NCBI GenBank assembly: GCA_019414565.1
Contig: DXLU01000007.1
Span: forward strand, 2,191-66,190
Origin: Collinsella sp.
GTDB taxonomy: Bacteria; Actinomycetota; Coriobacteriia; Coriobacteriales; Coriobacteriaceae
DNA length: 64,000 bases
Reading direction: 5' to 3'
This document shows, in pieces, positions 1 through 8,670 of this stretch. The translations under genes and the position numbers were made by a program. Position 1 is the first letter of the stretch; each line of letters opens with the position of its first letter. The notes beneath the pieces were generated by a model. That model had not been told where the DNA came from. It worked only from the letters and a program-made list of their open reading frames with translations, and made no database searches.

Positions 1-1
1 T

Positions 2-703
2 GGAAAGATGTACGAGGCAAAGTTTCTGCTGGGCGCCCTTGCGGCCAGCATGGCGGACAACCATCGCATTGGCTACCACGCGTCGGTCTTTGCGTCGGGC
101 GCGCTTAGCGAGATCAACGCCTTTGCGATTGGCGCCTCGCTGCTCGACCCCCGCGCGCAAATTATCCTGACCTGGGGCGATGTGCCCGCCGGAGGCCTTG
201 CCGAGGCCATGTGCCGCGAAGGCGTGAGCGTCATGACCGGCGCTGACATGTCAAAGTCGCTCGTAGACCCTACGGCCTACGGACTCCACCGCCTGGTCGA
301 TGGCAAGGTCGTCGGCATCGCCATGCCGGTCTGGAACTGGGGCCGATACTACGAGCTTATCGTGCGAAGCCTGCTGCATGGCACCTGGGATGAGACCAGT
401 GACGACAGCCAGGTTCGCGCCGTCAACTACTGGTATGGCATGAGCTCGGGCGTCATCGACATTCGCTACGCTCCGGGCCTGCCCTATCAGACGCGCAAAC
501 TGGTGCAGCTGCTCCGCAATGGCATCGTCGAGGGCTCCATCAATCCATTTGGCGGCGAGCTTCATAGCCAAGACGGCGTGGTGCAGATCGAGGGCTTTCC
601 CCCACTGCCGAGCGCGCAGATTGTCGAGATGAATTGGCTGGCGGACAACGTGGTAGGCACCATTCCGCAGCTCGACGATGAGCCGGGAGTTACCGCCCTA
701 TGA
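2..703 (+). CDS. BMP-family (PnrA/Med-like) ABC transporter substrate-binding protein, C-terminal part; 5' end lies outside the window
   Basis: The frame is open to the window edge. The sequence shows the BMP-family pattern (YEAKFLLGALAA ... VWNWGRYYELIVRSLLHGTW ... YWYGMSSGVIDI). The first ATG has no spaced SD, so it is probably an internal Met. Confidence 0.6.
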   Translation, partial: GKMYEAKFLLGALAASMADNHRIGYHASVFASGALSEINAFAIGASLLDPRAQIILTWGDVPAGGLAEAMCREGVSVMTGADMSKSLVDPTAYGLHRLVDGKVVGIAMPVWNWGRYYELIVRSLLHGTWDETSDDSQVRAVNYWYGMSSGVIDIRYAPGLPYQTRKLVQLLRNGIVEGSINPFGGELHSQDGVVQIEGFPPLPSAQIVEMNWLADNVVGTIPQLDDEPGVTAL

Positions 704-1410
704 AGATCCTTGCCATAGCAGATACCGAAGAACGATGCCTTTGGGAGTGCTTTCGCAAGGAGCGCTTTGAGGGTGTCGACCTGATTCTGTCTGCCGGCGA
801 TCTGGACCCGGACTATCTTGAGTTTTTGGTCACCGTCATCAACAAACCGCTCATCTACGTGCGCGGCAATCACGACGACCGCTACGCACGTCATGCACCG
901 GGCGGATGTATCTGCGCGGAAGACAGCGTGTACACGTACCGAGGGATTCGCATTGCGGGCCTTGGCGGGTCCATGCGTTATCGCGACGGCGCCAACATGT
1001 ACACCGAACGCGAGATGTCCAAGCGCATGCGCAAGCTGTCGCGTAAGGTTAGGATGGTCGGCGGGTGCGACATTCTGCTTACCCATGCACCCGCCGCCGG
1101 TATGGGTGATCTGGACGATCTGCCGCATCGAGGGTTTGAGTGCTTTAACACGGCGCTTGAGTCCTGGGGGGCCGACTACATGGTGCATGGGCATGTACAT
1201 CGAAGCTACGGTAACGATTTTCAGCGCGAGCGGCAGCATGTGTGTGGAACGACGATCATCAACGCCTGCGGCTATACGCAGTTTGAGCTGGACGAAGCGC
1301 GCTACCCCATCCGTGGCTGGCAGGCAGCCTGGCTCAACTCGCAAACCATGCGCCGCGAGCTCAAACGCCACGAGGCCATCGAGTCCTCAACAGCCAGAAC
1401 ACCCTGGTAA
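700..1410 (+). CDS. Metallophosphoesterase (calcineurin-like phosphoesterase family)
   Basis: Motifs match: ILAIADTE, SAGDLD, VRGNHDD, LLTHAP, MVHGHVH. The start overlaps the upstream stop as ATGA, suggesting translational coupling. Confidence 0.8.
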   Translation: MKILAIADTEERCLWECFRKERFEGVDLILSAGDLDPDYLEFLVTVINKPLIYVRGNHDDRYARHAPGGCICAEDSVYTYRGIRIAGLGGSMRYRDGANMYTEREMSKRMRKLSRKVRMVGGCDILLTHAPAAGMGDLDDLPHRGFECFNTALESWGADYMVHGHVHRSYGNDFQRERQHVCGTTIINACGYTQFELDEARYPIRGWQAAWLNSQTMRRELKRHEAIESSTARTPW

Positions 1411-1458
1411 CCAACACGAAGGTGCCTGTCCCCTTTGAGGTGGTTTTGACGCGATAGC

Positions 1459-1500
1459 AAGAAACCCGGTCCTGCACGAGGCAGAACCGGGTTTCTTTAG
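1459..1500. terminator. Bidirectional hairpin terminator between convergent genes
   Basis: A 12-bp stem (aagaaacccggt / accgggtttctt) has T-rich flanks on both strands. It lies between the metallophosphoesterase (+) and rplA (-). Confidence 0.6.
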
Positions 1501-1533
1501 CAATGCTTGCTTTGCTCAGGCAGTAACTAAAAG

Positions 1534-2241
1534 TTACTCAGCCAGGAAGTCGCGCTGGACAGCGGGATCGACCTTGACGCCAGGGCCCATGGTGGAAGAC
1601 ACGGAGATGGACTTGACGTACTTGCCCTTAGCAGAAGAGGGCTTGACGCGCAGGATCTCGGTGTACAGGGCAGCGTAGTTCTCAACAAGCTGCTGCTCAG
1701 AGAAGGACTTCTTGCCCAGGGGCACGTGGCAGATGCCGTAACGGTCGGCGCGGTACTCAACGCGGCCAGCCTTGAGCTCGGAGACCATCTTGGCGACGTC
1801 CATGGTCACGGTGCCGAGCTTGGGGTTCGGCATGAGGCCACGGGGACCGAGGATCTTACCAATGCGGCCAACCTTGGCCATCATGTTCGGCGTAGCGATA
1901 GCAGCGTCGAAGTTGATCTCGCCCTTCTGGATCTGGGCGACGAGCTCGTCGGAACCGATGATGTCGGCGCCGGCAGCCTCGGCCTCGCGGGCCTTCTCGC
2001 CCTCGGCGAAGACAGCAACACGAACGGTCTTGCCGGTGCCGTGAGGCAGGGAGATGGAACCACGGATGTTCTGGTCAGCCTTACGAGTATCGATGCCCAG
2101 ACGGAAGTGGGCCTCGACGGTCTCGTCGAACTTGGCGGTGTCGAGCTCCTTGATGAGCTTGGCAGCCTGAAGGGGGGTGTAGAGCGTGGCGCGGTCGATC
2201 TTCTCGGCAGCGGCGTTATAGCTCTTACCATGCTTAGCCAT
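1534..2241 (-). CDS. rplA: 50S ribosomal protein L1
   Basis: The N-terminus [16 protein letters not shown]... is typical of L1. AGGAGG lies 8 nt upstream of the ATG at 2241, so the ORF-track start at 2247 is too close to the SD. Confidence 0.97.
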   Translation of the reverse strand: MAKHGKSYNAAAEKIDRATLYTPLQAAKLIKELDTAKFDETVEAHFRLGIDTRKADQNIRGSISLPHGTGKTVRVAVFAEGEKAREAEAAGADIIGSDELVAQIQKGEINFDAAIATPNMMAKVGRIGKILGPRGLMPNPKLGTVTMDVAKMVSELKAGRVEYRADRYGICHVPLGKKSFSEQQLVENYAALYTEILRVKPSSAKGKYVKSISVSSTMGPGVKVDPAVQRDFLAE

Positions 2242-2358
2242 GTGCATTACCTCCTGTGGTTAAACGGGCGTGAGCCCTCCCACATCGTATCGTGTGCCCT
2301 ATTGCACACATATAACGGTCGCCCCGGTCGGAGCACCCGTCATTACCTAAAGAAATCG

Positions 2359-2787
2359 CTACTCAGCGATGGTGACGCCCATGGAACGGGCGGTACCGGC
2401 GATGATCTTCTTGGCGGCGTCAATGTCGTTGGCATTGAGGTCCGGCATCTTGATCTCGGCGATCTTGGTGAGCTGCTCCTGAGAGAGCTGACCAACCTTG
2501 TCGGCCTGGGGCTTAGCGGAACCAGACTTGAGGTTCAGCTCCTTCTTGATGAGGTGAGCCGCCGGCGGGGTCTTGGTGATGAAGGAGAAGGACTTGTCCT
2601 CGTAGACAGAGATCTCAACGGGGATGATGTCGCCCTTCTTGTCCTGCGTCTCGGCGTTAAAGGCCTGGCAGAACTGCATGATGTTCACGCCAGCAGCGCC
2701 CAGGGCGGGGCCGACGGGAGGAGCGGGGTTAGCTGCACCAGCAGGAATCTGGAGCTTAATGACGTTGGCAACCTTCTTCTCAGCCAT
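2359..2787 (-). CDS. rplK: 50S ribosomal protein L11
   Basis: [30 protein letters not shown] matches L11. An AAGGA SD lies 6 nt upstream of the ATG at 2787. Confidence 0.97.
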   Translation of the reverse strand: MAEKKVANVIKLQIPAGAANPAPPVGPALGAAGVNIMQFCQAFNAETQDKKGDIIPVEISVYEDKSFSFITKTPPAAHLIKKELNLKSGSAKPQADKVGQLSQEQLTKIAEIKMPDLNANDIDAAKKIIAGTARSMGVTIAE

Positions 2788-2907
2788 GGTCATTCCTTTC
2801 GAATCACGAGTGTGAAGTACTTGCTATATCGTAAGCACGCACGTGTTAGAAGCACTCCTGAGATGAGCAGTCACAGAAGAAGCACGCTCGCGCGAACGGA
2901 CGAAAAC

Positions 2908-3444
2908 TTAAGCGATGACAGCGACCTGGTTAAAGTCGAGCTCGACCGGCGTCTCGCGGCCAAAGATCATCAGCGTGACCTTGAGCTTGCCAGCCTCGGT
3001 GTTAACCTCGGAGACCTTGCCATCAAAGTCGGTAAGCGGGCCATCGGTGACGCGGACGGACGTGCCGACCTGAATATCAACCGAGGTACGCTTGGGCGAA
3101 TCGCCCTTACCGGGACGACGAGTCATCTTGTTGTACTCGTCACGGGAAAGCGGAGAGGGCTTGCCGTTGCCGCCTAGGAAACCGGTGACGCCGGGCGTGT
3201 TGCGAACACACGTCCACGCATCGTCATCCATCTCCATGCGGACCAGGACATAACCCGGGAAGATCTTGGAATCCTTGGTCTCGCGCTTGCCACCCTCTTT
3301 AATCTCGGTGACACGCTCCATAGGAATCTCGATATCAAAGATACGATCCTGCATGCCCATAGTCTCGATGCGATGCTCGAGATCGGACTTAACGCGGTTC
3401 TCGTATCCAGAGTAAGTGTGAACGACGTACCAACGCTTAGACAT
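2908..3444 (-). CDS. nusG: Transcription termination/antitermination factor NusG
   Basis: WYVVHTYSGYENRVKSDL matches the NGN domain and there is a C-terminal KOW. The gene sits in the secE-nusG-rplK-rplA synteny. Confidence 0.96.
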   Translation of the reverse strand: MSKRWYVVHTYSGYENRVKSDLEHRIETMGMQDRIFDIEIPMERVTEIKEGGKRETKDSKIFPGYVLVRMEMDDDAWTCVRNTPGVTGFLGGNGKPSPLSRDEYNKMTRRPGKGDSPKRTSVDIQVGTSVRVTDGPLTDFDGKVSEVNTEAGKLKVTLMIFGRETPVELDFNQVAVIA

Positions 3445-3447
3445 GGT

Positions 3448-3786
3448 TTAGCCCCTCAATCCAGAGAACAGAGCAAGAGCCTCGCCAAAGCCAGCATCGA
3501 GCAGAGCGATGACGACGCCGACGACGATCAGAGAAGCGCAAACGACGACAGAGTAGTTCACGAGCTCCTTCTTATCGGGCCACGTGACACGCTTCATCTC
3601 GGACTTCACCGAAGCGAAATACTTCTTGGTGCGGGCGAAGAAACCAGGCTTCTCGTTCTTCTTAGACTTCGCAGCCTTCTCGCTCTTCTTGGCAACGGCC
3701 TTCTTGGCCTCAACCTTGGAGTTGGCGGCAGCGTTGTTGGCAGGCGCCTGCTGCTGTGCCTTCTTCTTGTTCTTCTTGTTGGCCAT
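3448..3786 (-). CDS. secE: Preprotein translocase subunit SecE (with lysine-rich N-terminal extension)
   Basis: The C-terminal segment (VKSEMKRVTWPDKKELVNYSVVV) with a single TM helix matches SecE. The gene lies immediately upstream of nusG. Confidence 0.9.
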   Translation of the reverse strand: MANKKNKKKAQQQAPANNAAANSKVEAKKAVAKKSEKAAKSKKNEKPGFFARTKKYFASVKSEMKRVTWPDKKELVNYSVVVCASLIVVGVVIALLDAGFGEALALFSGLRG

Positions 3787-3862
3787 TTGGGTTACCTCCG
3801 CGCAATGCGCTTATACATGAGTAAACCGTAAGCCCCCAAGTGGGAGCTTACGGAATAATGAC

Positions 3863-3938
3863 TGGCACGCCAGGAAGGACTCGAACCCTCAACACTCGGT
3901 TTTGGAGACCGATGCTCTACCAATTGAACTACTGGCGT
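3863..3938 (-). tRNA. trnW: tRNA-Trp (anticodon CCA)
   Basis: A cloverleaf folded by hand: acceptor ACGCCAG/CTGGCGT, anticodon loop CTCCAAA, T-loop TTCGAGT, CCA encoded. Confidence 0.9.
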
Positions 3939-3951
3939 ATATGACTAGAGA

Positions 3952-4101
3952 CTAGCGAGTCTCTTTGTGCAGCGTGTGATGACGGCACCAGGGGCAATAC
4001 TTCTTGATCTCCATACGATCAGGCATGGTCGACTTGTTCTTGGTGGTCGTATAGTTGCGGCGCTTGCACTCAGTGCACGCAAGAGTAACTAGAGTACGCA
4101 T
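3952..4101 (-). CDS. rpmG: 50S ribosomal protein L33 (49 aa; too short for the ORF track)
   Basis: Manual translation gives [49 protein letters not shown], with the CxxC...CxxC zinc ribbon of L33. It sits in the conserved position upstream of tRNA-Trp/secE. Confidence 0.9.
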   Translation of the reverse strand: MRTLVTLACTECKRRNYTTTKNKSTMPDRMEIKKYCPWCRHHTLHKETR

Positions 4102-4146
4102 GTATCCTGAACCTTTCATTTCCGCCCCGTACGGGCACGAGTTGTT

Positions 4147-4176
4147 ACTTTATCAGCTCCATGTAAGTGCTGTCAA
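4147..4176 (-). promoter_or_regulatory. Putative sigma-70-type promoter for rpmG-secE-nusG
   Basis: The minus strand reads TTGACA - 18 nt - TAAAGT, about 45 nt upstream of the rpmG ATG. Confidence 0.35.
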
Positions 4177-4313
4177 TGAAAACCTCGAGTCAATTGGTTC
4201 TCGGTGGATCCATTCATATTTGGAACACATCAATGAAGCCATCGAGATCTAATCGACGGTGCATCCAGGACCATTATCGATCCTCTCGACACCAGCAACG
4301 GCTCAATATCCAT

Positions 4314-4353
4314 TGCAGAAAAGAACCCGGCACCCATATAAGTGCCGGGTTCT
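4314..4353 (-). terminator. Rho-independent terminator after tuf
   Basis: A 12-bp GC-rich stem (AGAACCCGGCAC/GTGCCGGGTTCT) is followed by TTTTCT on the minus strand, 28 nt past the tuf stop. Confidence 0.8.
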
Positions 4354-4380
4354 CTAAGTCAGCTATATCAAAGAGCTAAT

Positions 4381-5571
4381 TTACTCAATGATCGTGGAGA
4401 CGATGCCCGAACCGACGGTGTGGCCACCCTCGCGGATAGCGAAGCGCAGGCCCTCCTCCATGGCGATCGGGTGGATGAGGTCGCCCTCGATGGTGATATG
4501 GTCACCAGGCATAGCCATCTCGGTGCCCTCGGGGAGCTTGACCGTACCGGTAACGTCGGTGGTACGGAAGTAGAACTGAGGACGATAACCATCGAAGAAC
4601 GGGGTGTGACGGCCGCCCTCCTCCTTGGTCAGAACGTAGATCTCGCCGGTGAACTTGGTGTGCGGGGTAACCGAACCGGGCTTGCAGAGAACCTGGCCGC
4701 GCTCGATGTCCTCACGCTTGATGCCACGGAGCAGCAGACCGACGTTGTCGCCAGCCTCGCAGAAGTCCATGGACTTACGGAACATCTCGATACCGGTAAC
4801 GACGGTGTTCTGGGTATCCTTGATGCCGACGATCTCGACGGGCTCGTTGAGCTTGAGCTCACCGCGCTCGACACGGCCGGTAGCAACGGTACCACGGCCG
4901 GAGATGGTCATAACGTCCTCAACGGCCATCAGGAACGGGAGGTCGTTGTTACGAGCAGGCGTCGGGATGTACTCGTCGACAGCGTTCATGAGCTCGCGAA
5001 TGGCGTCCATCCACTTGGCGTCGCCCTCGAGAGCGCCCAAAGCGGAACCACGGATGACGGGGATGTCGTCGCCGGGGAAATCGTACTCGGAGAGGAGCTC
5101 ACGGGTCTCCATCTCGACGAGGTCGATGAGCTCGTCATCGTCAACCATGTCGCACTTGTTCAGGAAGACGACGATGTAGGGAACGCCGACCTGACGGGCG
5201 AGCAGGATGTGCTCGCGAGTCTGAGCCATGGGGCCGTCGGTAGCAGCGATGACCAGGATAGCGCCGTCCATCTGAGCAGCGCCGGAGATCATGTTCTTGA
5301 CGTAGTCAGCGTGGCCCGGGCAGTCAACGTGAGCGTAGTGACGGGAAGCGGTCTCGTACTCGACGTGGGAGACGGAGATCGTAATGCCGCGCTCGCGCTC
5401 CTCGGGAGCCTTGTCGATGTTCTCGAACGCAGTGAAGTCAGCCTTGCAGCCCTCGGTCTCGGAGAGAACCTTGGTGATGGCAGCGGTCAGCGTGGTCTTG
5501 CCGTGGTCGACGTGACCAATGGTGCCGATGTTAACATGCGGCTTAGTGCGCTCAAACTTCTCTTTGGCCAT
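4381..5571 (-). CDS. tuf: Elongation factor Tu
   Basis: The full-length product is unmistakably EF-Tu ([33 protein letters not shown]...). Confidence 0.99.
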   Translation of the reverse strand: MAKEKFERTKPHVNIGTIGHVDHGKTTLTAAITKVLSETEGCKADFTAFENIDKAPEERERGITISVSHVEYETASRHYAHVDCPGHADYVKNMISGAAQMDGAILVIAATDGPMAQTREHILLARQVGVPYIVVFLNKCDMVDDDELIDLVEMETRELLSEYDFPGDDIPVIRGSALGALEGDAKWMDAIRELMNAVDEYIPTPARNNDLPFLMAVEDVMTISGRGTVATGRVERGELKLNEPVEIVGIKDTQNTVVTGIEMFRKSMDFCEAGDNVGLLLRGIKREDIERGQVLCKPGSVTPHTKFTGEIYVLTKEEGGRHTPFFDGYRPQFYFRTTDVTGTVKLPEGTEMAMPGDHITIEGDLIHPIAMEEGLRFAIREGGHTVGSGIVSTIIE

Positions 5572-5667
5572 AAAGCCCTCCTCTTAACAGGTCGTCCCCG
5601 GACGGGACTTTGCCTTTATACCATAGTGGCCTCTCAACATACTATTGAGAAGCCACCGTGTTACCTA

Positions 5668-5744
5668 TGGTAGCGGTGACTGGATTCGAACCAGTGACGC
5701 CACGGGTATGAACCGTGTGCTCTAACCAACTGAGCTACACCGCC
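5668..5744 (-). tRNA. trnM: tRNA with CAT anticodon (elongator Met, or Ile2 if lysidine-modified)
   Basis: Cloverleaf: acceptor GGCGGTG/CACCGCT, anticodon loop TTCATAC, T-loop TTCGAAT, CCA encoded. The anticodon stem lacks the three G-C pairs of an initiator. Confidence 0.85.
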
Positions 5745-5747
5745 GGA

Positions 5748-5823
5748 TGGAGCCTGCAACCAGACTTGAACTGGTGACCTCTTCGTTACCAACGAAGTGC
5801 TCTACCGACTGAGCTATACAGGC
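5748..5823 (-). tRNA. trnT: tRNA-Thr (anticodon GGT)
   Basis: Cloverleaf: acceptor GCCTGTA/TGCAGGC, anticodon loop TTGGTAA, T-loop TTCAAGT, CCA encoded. Confidence 0.9.
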
Positions 5824-5831
5824 ACTTGACG

Positions 5832-5915
5832 GGTGGGAGCTATAGGATTCGAACCTATGTAGGCAGAGCCAACGGGTTTACAGCCCGTCCCCATTAACCA
5901 CTCGGGCAAACTCCC
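5832..5915 (-). tRNA. trnY: tRNA-Tyr (anticodon GTA, long variable arm)
   Basis: Cloverleaf: acceptor GGGAGTT/AGCTCCC, anticodon loop CTGTAAA, a 13-nt variable arm, T-loop TTCGAAT. Confidence 0.88.
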
Positions 5916-5977
5916 AATCGTTCAAGTATCCGCAGGTCCTTTGGTCTTTTGGACCGCCGCCCCCGCGAACGAAAAAG

Positions 5978-6007
5978 ATAATACGATGCAACCTTGGGGG
6001 CTGTCAA
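5978..6007 (-). promoter_or_regulatory. Strong sigma-70-type promoter for the tRNA-Tyr/Thr/Met-tuf operon
   Basis: The minus strand reads TTGACA - 18 nt - TATTAT, about 60 nt upstream of the tRNA-Tyr 5' end. Confidence 0.55.
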
Positions 6008-6210
6008 CGAAAACCTCTAGATACACGGTTCCGGGCGTATCTATATAGCCGTGACCTGCGGTTTTATTGAGTTTGGATATGAAGGACGGTGGTTTTGGAT
6101 ACAGAGGTGACATTTCCCAAGGTAACACTTTGGCGTAGTGGAGTACACCTTCAGGATCGAACTTCGATAACAGCCTATTTGCACCTATATATAGGTCGAG
6201 ATCGGGCTTC

Positions 6211-6365
6211 CGTGGCAGATTCGAGCGTGGATTTTCTCCCGTTTGAAATCGAGCGTGGATAATCTCCCACTATTGGCGTGCCCCCAAGGCCAAAGTGGCA
6301 GATTATCCACGATCATTCACTAAGCGGGAGATTTTCCACGCTCGTACGTCCGATAATCCACGCTC
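6211..6365. repeat. Cluster of 5-6 copies of a ~20-nt motif (consensus cGAGCGTGGATAATCTCCCg) containing DnaA-box-like cores; locus A
   Basis: Two copies face forward: 6223-6241 (GTGGATTTT) and 6251-6269 (GTGGATAAT). Three face the other way: 6295-6314, 6325-6343 and 6352-6365. Cores TTATCCACG at 6303-6311 and the reverse complement of 6255-6263 match the E. coli DnaA box TTATCCACA at 8 of 9 positions. Confidence 0.7.
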
Positions 6366-6398
6366 AGGGGGGGCAGCCGAGCTCGACACGGCTTTTGT

Positions 6399-6531
6399 CT
6401 CGATCTGTAACATATAGAGAACATTTTCTCCCCTATCTGTTACAGGTCGAGATATTACGCAGAGACCTCCGCTTACGTCTCATTCTGTAACAGTAAGAAA
6501 GGTTTTCAGCTTCTTCGTGTTACAGATCGAG
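6399..6531. repeat. Four copies of CTGT(A/T)ACA(G), with the outer pair extended to a 14-bp perfect inverted repeat
   Basis: ctcgatctgtaaca at 6399-6412 is the reverse complement of tgttacagatcgag at 6518-6531. Internal copies are ctgttacag (6437-6445) and ctgtaacag (6485-6493). GGTCGAGAT recurs at 6194 and 6445. Confidence 0.7.
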
Positions 6532-6576
6532 TCAAACCTGAAGCTTGGTTGGCGCCAAACACGCTGACTTATCGAC

Positions 6577-6617
6577 ATAAATAGAAACGGGCCCTGTCCC
6601 TCAGGGGGACAGGGCCC
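6577..6617 (-). terminator. Rho-independent terminator after tRNA-Thr(UGU)
   Basis: A 12-bp stem (GGGCCCTGTCCC/GGGACAGGGCCC) is followed by GTTTCTATTTAT on the minus strand. Confidence 0.75.
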
Positions 6618-6627
6618 GAAACTCTCA

Positions 6628-6702
6628 TGGAGCCAGTGACAGGAATCGAACCTGCAACCCACTGATTACAAATCAGTTGCGCTACCGTTGCGCCACACTG
6701 GC
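6628..6702 (-). tRNA. trnT: tRNA-Thr (anticodon TGT)
   Basis: Cloverleaf: acceptor GCCAGTG/CACTGGC, D stem GCGC/GCGC, anticodon stem ACTGA/TCAGT with loop TTTGTAA, T-loop TTCGATT, CCA encoded. Confidence 0.9.
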
Positions 6703-6925
6703 ACACTTGGCGCTTTCGCGCGAAGCCAGTTAAGAATAAAGGAATTGCGGACGAGGCGCAACAGACCCTTCGACCGACCATATCTCAAAACTATTCGTCA
6801 GAACGAATAGTTTTATCCGTTCGCCAAAACCAAAAACTATTCGTTTTGGCGACGGCAACCCACAGTCCGTTGATTACAAATCAACGGACCGGCCAATTGG
6901 GAAACGGGTCTCTATGGATAATCCC

Positions 6926-7603
6926 CTACCTCCCGCGCAGGGCCTTGAGCTTGGCCAGGGCATCGGGGCTCAGGCGGCTGCCCAGGGTCATCTTGATCTG
7001 CGGAGCTTCCTCTGCCTCGTGAACGTCGTTATCGATCTGTTTGATCTCGTCCACCAGCATGCGGCTCGAGATGCGCGTAACGCCCTTACCCATGACGACG
7101 GCCTGGATCGTGCCGTCGCTCGACACCACGGAGCACGCGCGGCCTTCCTCGCGCGCCTCGATGCAGAGCTTCTGCACCACGGTGTCGGCCGATACGCCCG
7201 TCGGCGAAAACTCGATGCGCACGCCGCGGGCCGGCAGGTTGGGGCGCTCGCTGGAGATATTGCCCGCGCCGTCAAACACGATTACGGCCTCGTAGCGGCC
7301 CTGGGCAAACGCGGCAACATCGTTGATGAGTGCCGTGCGCGCCATATCGTGAACGTCGCTGGAATACGGATCATCGGAATGGTCGTAGACGAGCTTTTCG
7401 TAGCGCGGCGTGCAGTGGATCACGTTGTAGCCGTCGACCACCAGCAGCTCGGGCTTATTGGAGTGCACCGTCGAGACCGGGTCGGCGATGGCCTGCGCAA
7501 ACGCATTGCCGCCCACGCCATAGGTCGCGGCCGAAACAATCGGCTTGGCCGAGCCTTCGCCAAAGCGCTTGGCCTTGGACTTGGCGCGGTTCTTCTTGGA
7601 CAT
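6926..7603 (-). CDS. NYN-domain ribonuclease, YacP/Rae1 family
   Basis: LLVVDGYNVIH ... AVIVFDGAG ... VEFSPTGVSADT ... VVSSD matches the YacP pattern. The gene sits directly downstream of rlmB, as in Bacillus. Confidence 0.8.
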   Translation of the reverse strand: MSKKNRAKSKAKRFGEGSAKPIVSAATYGVGGNAFAQAIADPVSTVHSNKPELLVVDGYNVIHCTPRYEKLVYDHSDDPYSSDVHDMARTALINDVAAFAQGRYEAVIVFDGAGNISSERPNLPARGVRIEFSPTGVSADTVVQKLCIEAREEGRACSVVSSDGTIQAVVMGKGVTRISSRMLVDEIKQIDNDVHEAEEAPQIKMTLGSRLSPDALAKLKALRGR

Positions 7604-7606
7604 GCG

Positions 7607-8527
7607 CTACTCCTCCCCCATGAGCTCGCCGGCATTGCGGCGCAGCCACTCAAAGCACAGCGCGGTGGTCGCCTGGGCCACATTGAGACTCTCGGTCATG
7701 CCGCGCTGGGGAAGCTTGGTCAAAAAGTCGCATTTCTCGAGCACCAGGCGCGAGATGCCGTCGCCCTCGGAGCCCATGACGAGCGCAACGCGGCCCTCGA
7801 AGGGAGCATCCCAGCAACTGCCCTCGGCGTGCTCGGAAGCACCGCCCACCCAAAAGCTGGCGGCCTTGAGGTCGTCAAGCGCTCGGGCGATATTGGGAAC
7901 CTGCGCGATGGGCAGGTGCATGACGGCACCAGCGGAGGTTTTGTAGCTGCCCACGGTCACACCGGCGGCGCGCTTGTTGGCAATGATGACGCCCGCTGCG
8001 CCCACGACCTCGGCAGAGCGCACGATCGCACCAAAATTGCCATCGTCGGTCACATGGTCGAGCACGACGACGAGCGCCGGTCCTTCACCCGCGCGATCGA
8101 GAATATCGGCGACATCGGCATAGGGGAAATTGCCCACCTCGAGCGCAATGCCCTGGTGAGCGCCATGGCTCGACAGCGCATCGAGCTGCGTGCGCGGCAC
8201 ATACTTAATGCGGACGTCCGCGGCGTTGAGGTCGTCGACCAGACGCGACAAGGCGGCATCGCGCTCCCCGCCCTCGGCGATGAGCGCGCACTTGACGGGA
8301 AAGCCGGTACGCAGTGCCTCGGCGGCAGCACGACGACCTTCGATAAACTCGCCCTTGGGAACCTGAACGTTGTCGCGGTTGCGATCTCGCTGCGAACGCG
8401 CAGCCTGGGCTTGGGAGCGCTCGCGCTGGCCCTTGGGAGTGGCAGCGCGGTCGTTGCGGCGAATCGCACGCGAGCCAGAAGCAGCCTGCTTGCCTCCACG
8501 CGGTGCACGTTTGCGATTGTCGGCCAT
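7607..8527 (-). CDS. rlmB: 23S rRNA (guanosine-2'-O)-methyltransferase RlmB (SpoU/TrmH family) with a basic N-terminal extension
   Basis: Contains a SpoU substrate-binding region plus the motifs LDHVTDDGNFGAIVRSA, LVMGSEGDGIS and LNVAQAT. It follows cysS in the conserved order. Confidence 0.88.
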   Translation of the reverse strand: MADNRKRAPRGGKQAASGSRAIRRNDRAATPKGQRERSQAQAARSQRDRNRDNVQVPKGEFIEGRRAAAEALRTGFPVKCALIAEGGERDAALSRLVDDLNAADVRIKYVPRTQLDALSSHGAHQGIALEVGNFPYADVADILDRAGEGPALVVVLDHVTDDGNFGAIVRSAEVVGAAGVIIANKRAAGVTVGSYKTSAGAVMHLPIAQVPNIARALDDLKAASFWVGGASEHAEGSCWDAPFEGRVALVMGSEGDGISRLVLEKCDFLTKLPQRGMTESLNVAQATTALCFEWLRRNAGELMGEE

Positions 8528-8670
8528 AAAACGGCCTCCTTAAATAGATAACGAACAAGAATCGACCGTCCGAGCCACGGCACCTTGCCTTTCAATCGTT
8601 GGGCATGACCACCAGGTCTATGCCCCCCTCTTTCAAGGCAATCTGCCGCACCTCGAACGGTCGACAAATA

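Noticed and set aside
5922-6128. A 68-aa minus-strand ORF upstream of tRNA-Tyr.
   Set aside because: It spans the strong TTGACA-N18-TATTAT promoter of the tRNA-tuf operon, has no SD and matches no recognisable family.
6130-6560. The DnaA-box-like cluster, iteron-like repeats and AT-rich palindromes could be the chromosomal origin (oriC).
   Set aside because: No dnaA, dnaN or rpmH genes are nearby. Gene orientation does not switch here: genes on both sides are on the minus strand, so the replication direction implied by strand bias is the same on both flanks. I kept it as a non-oriC DnaA-box-cluster or regulatory-repeat hypothesis instead.
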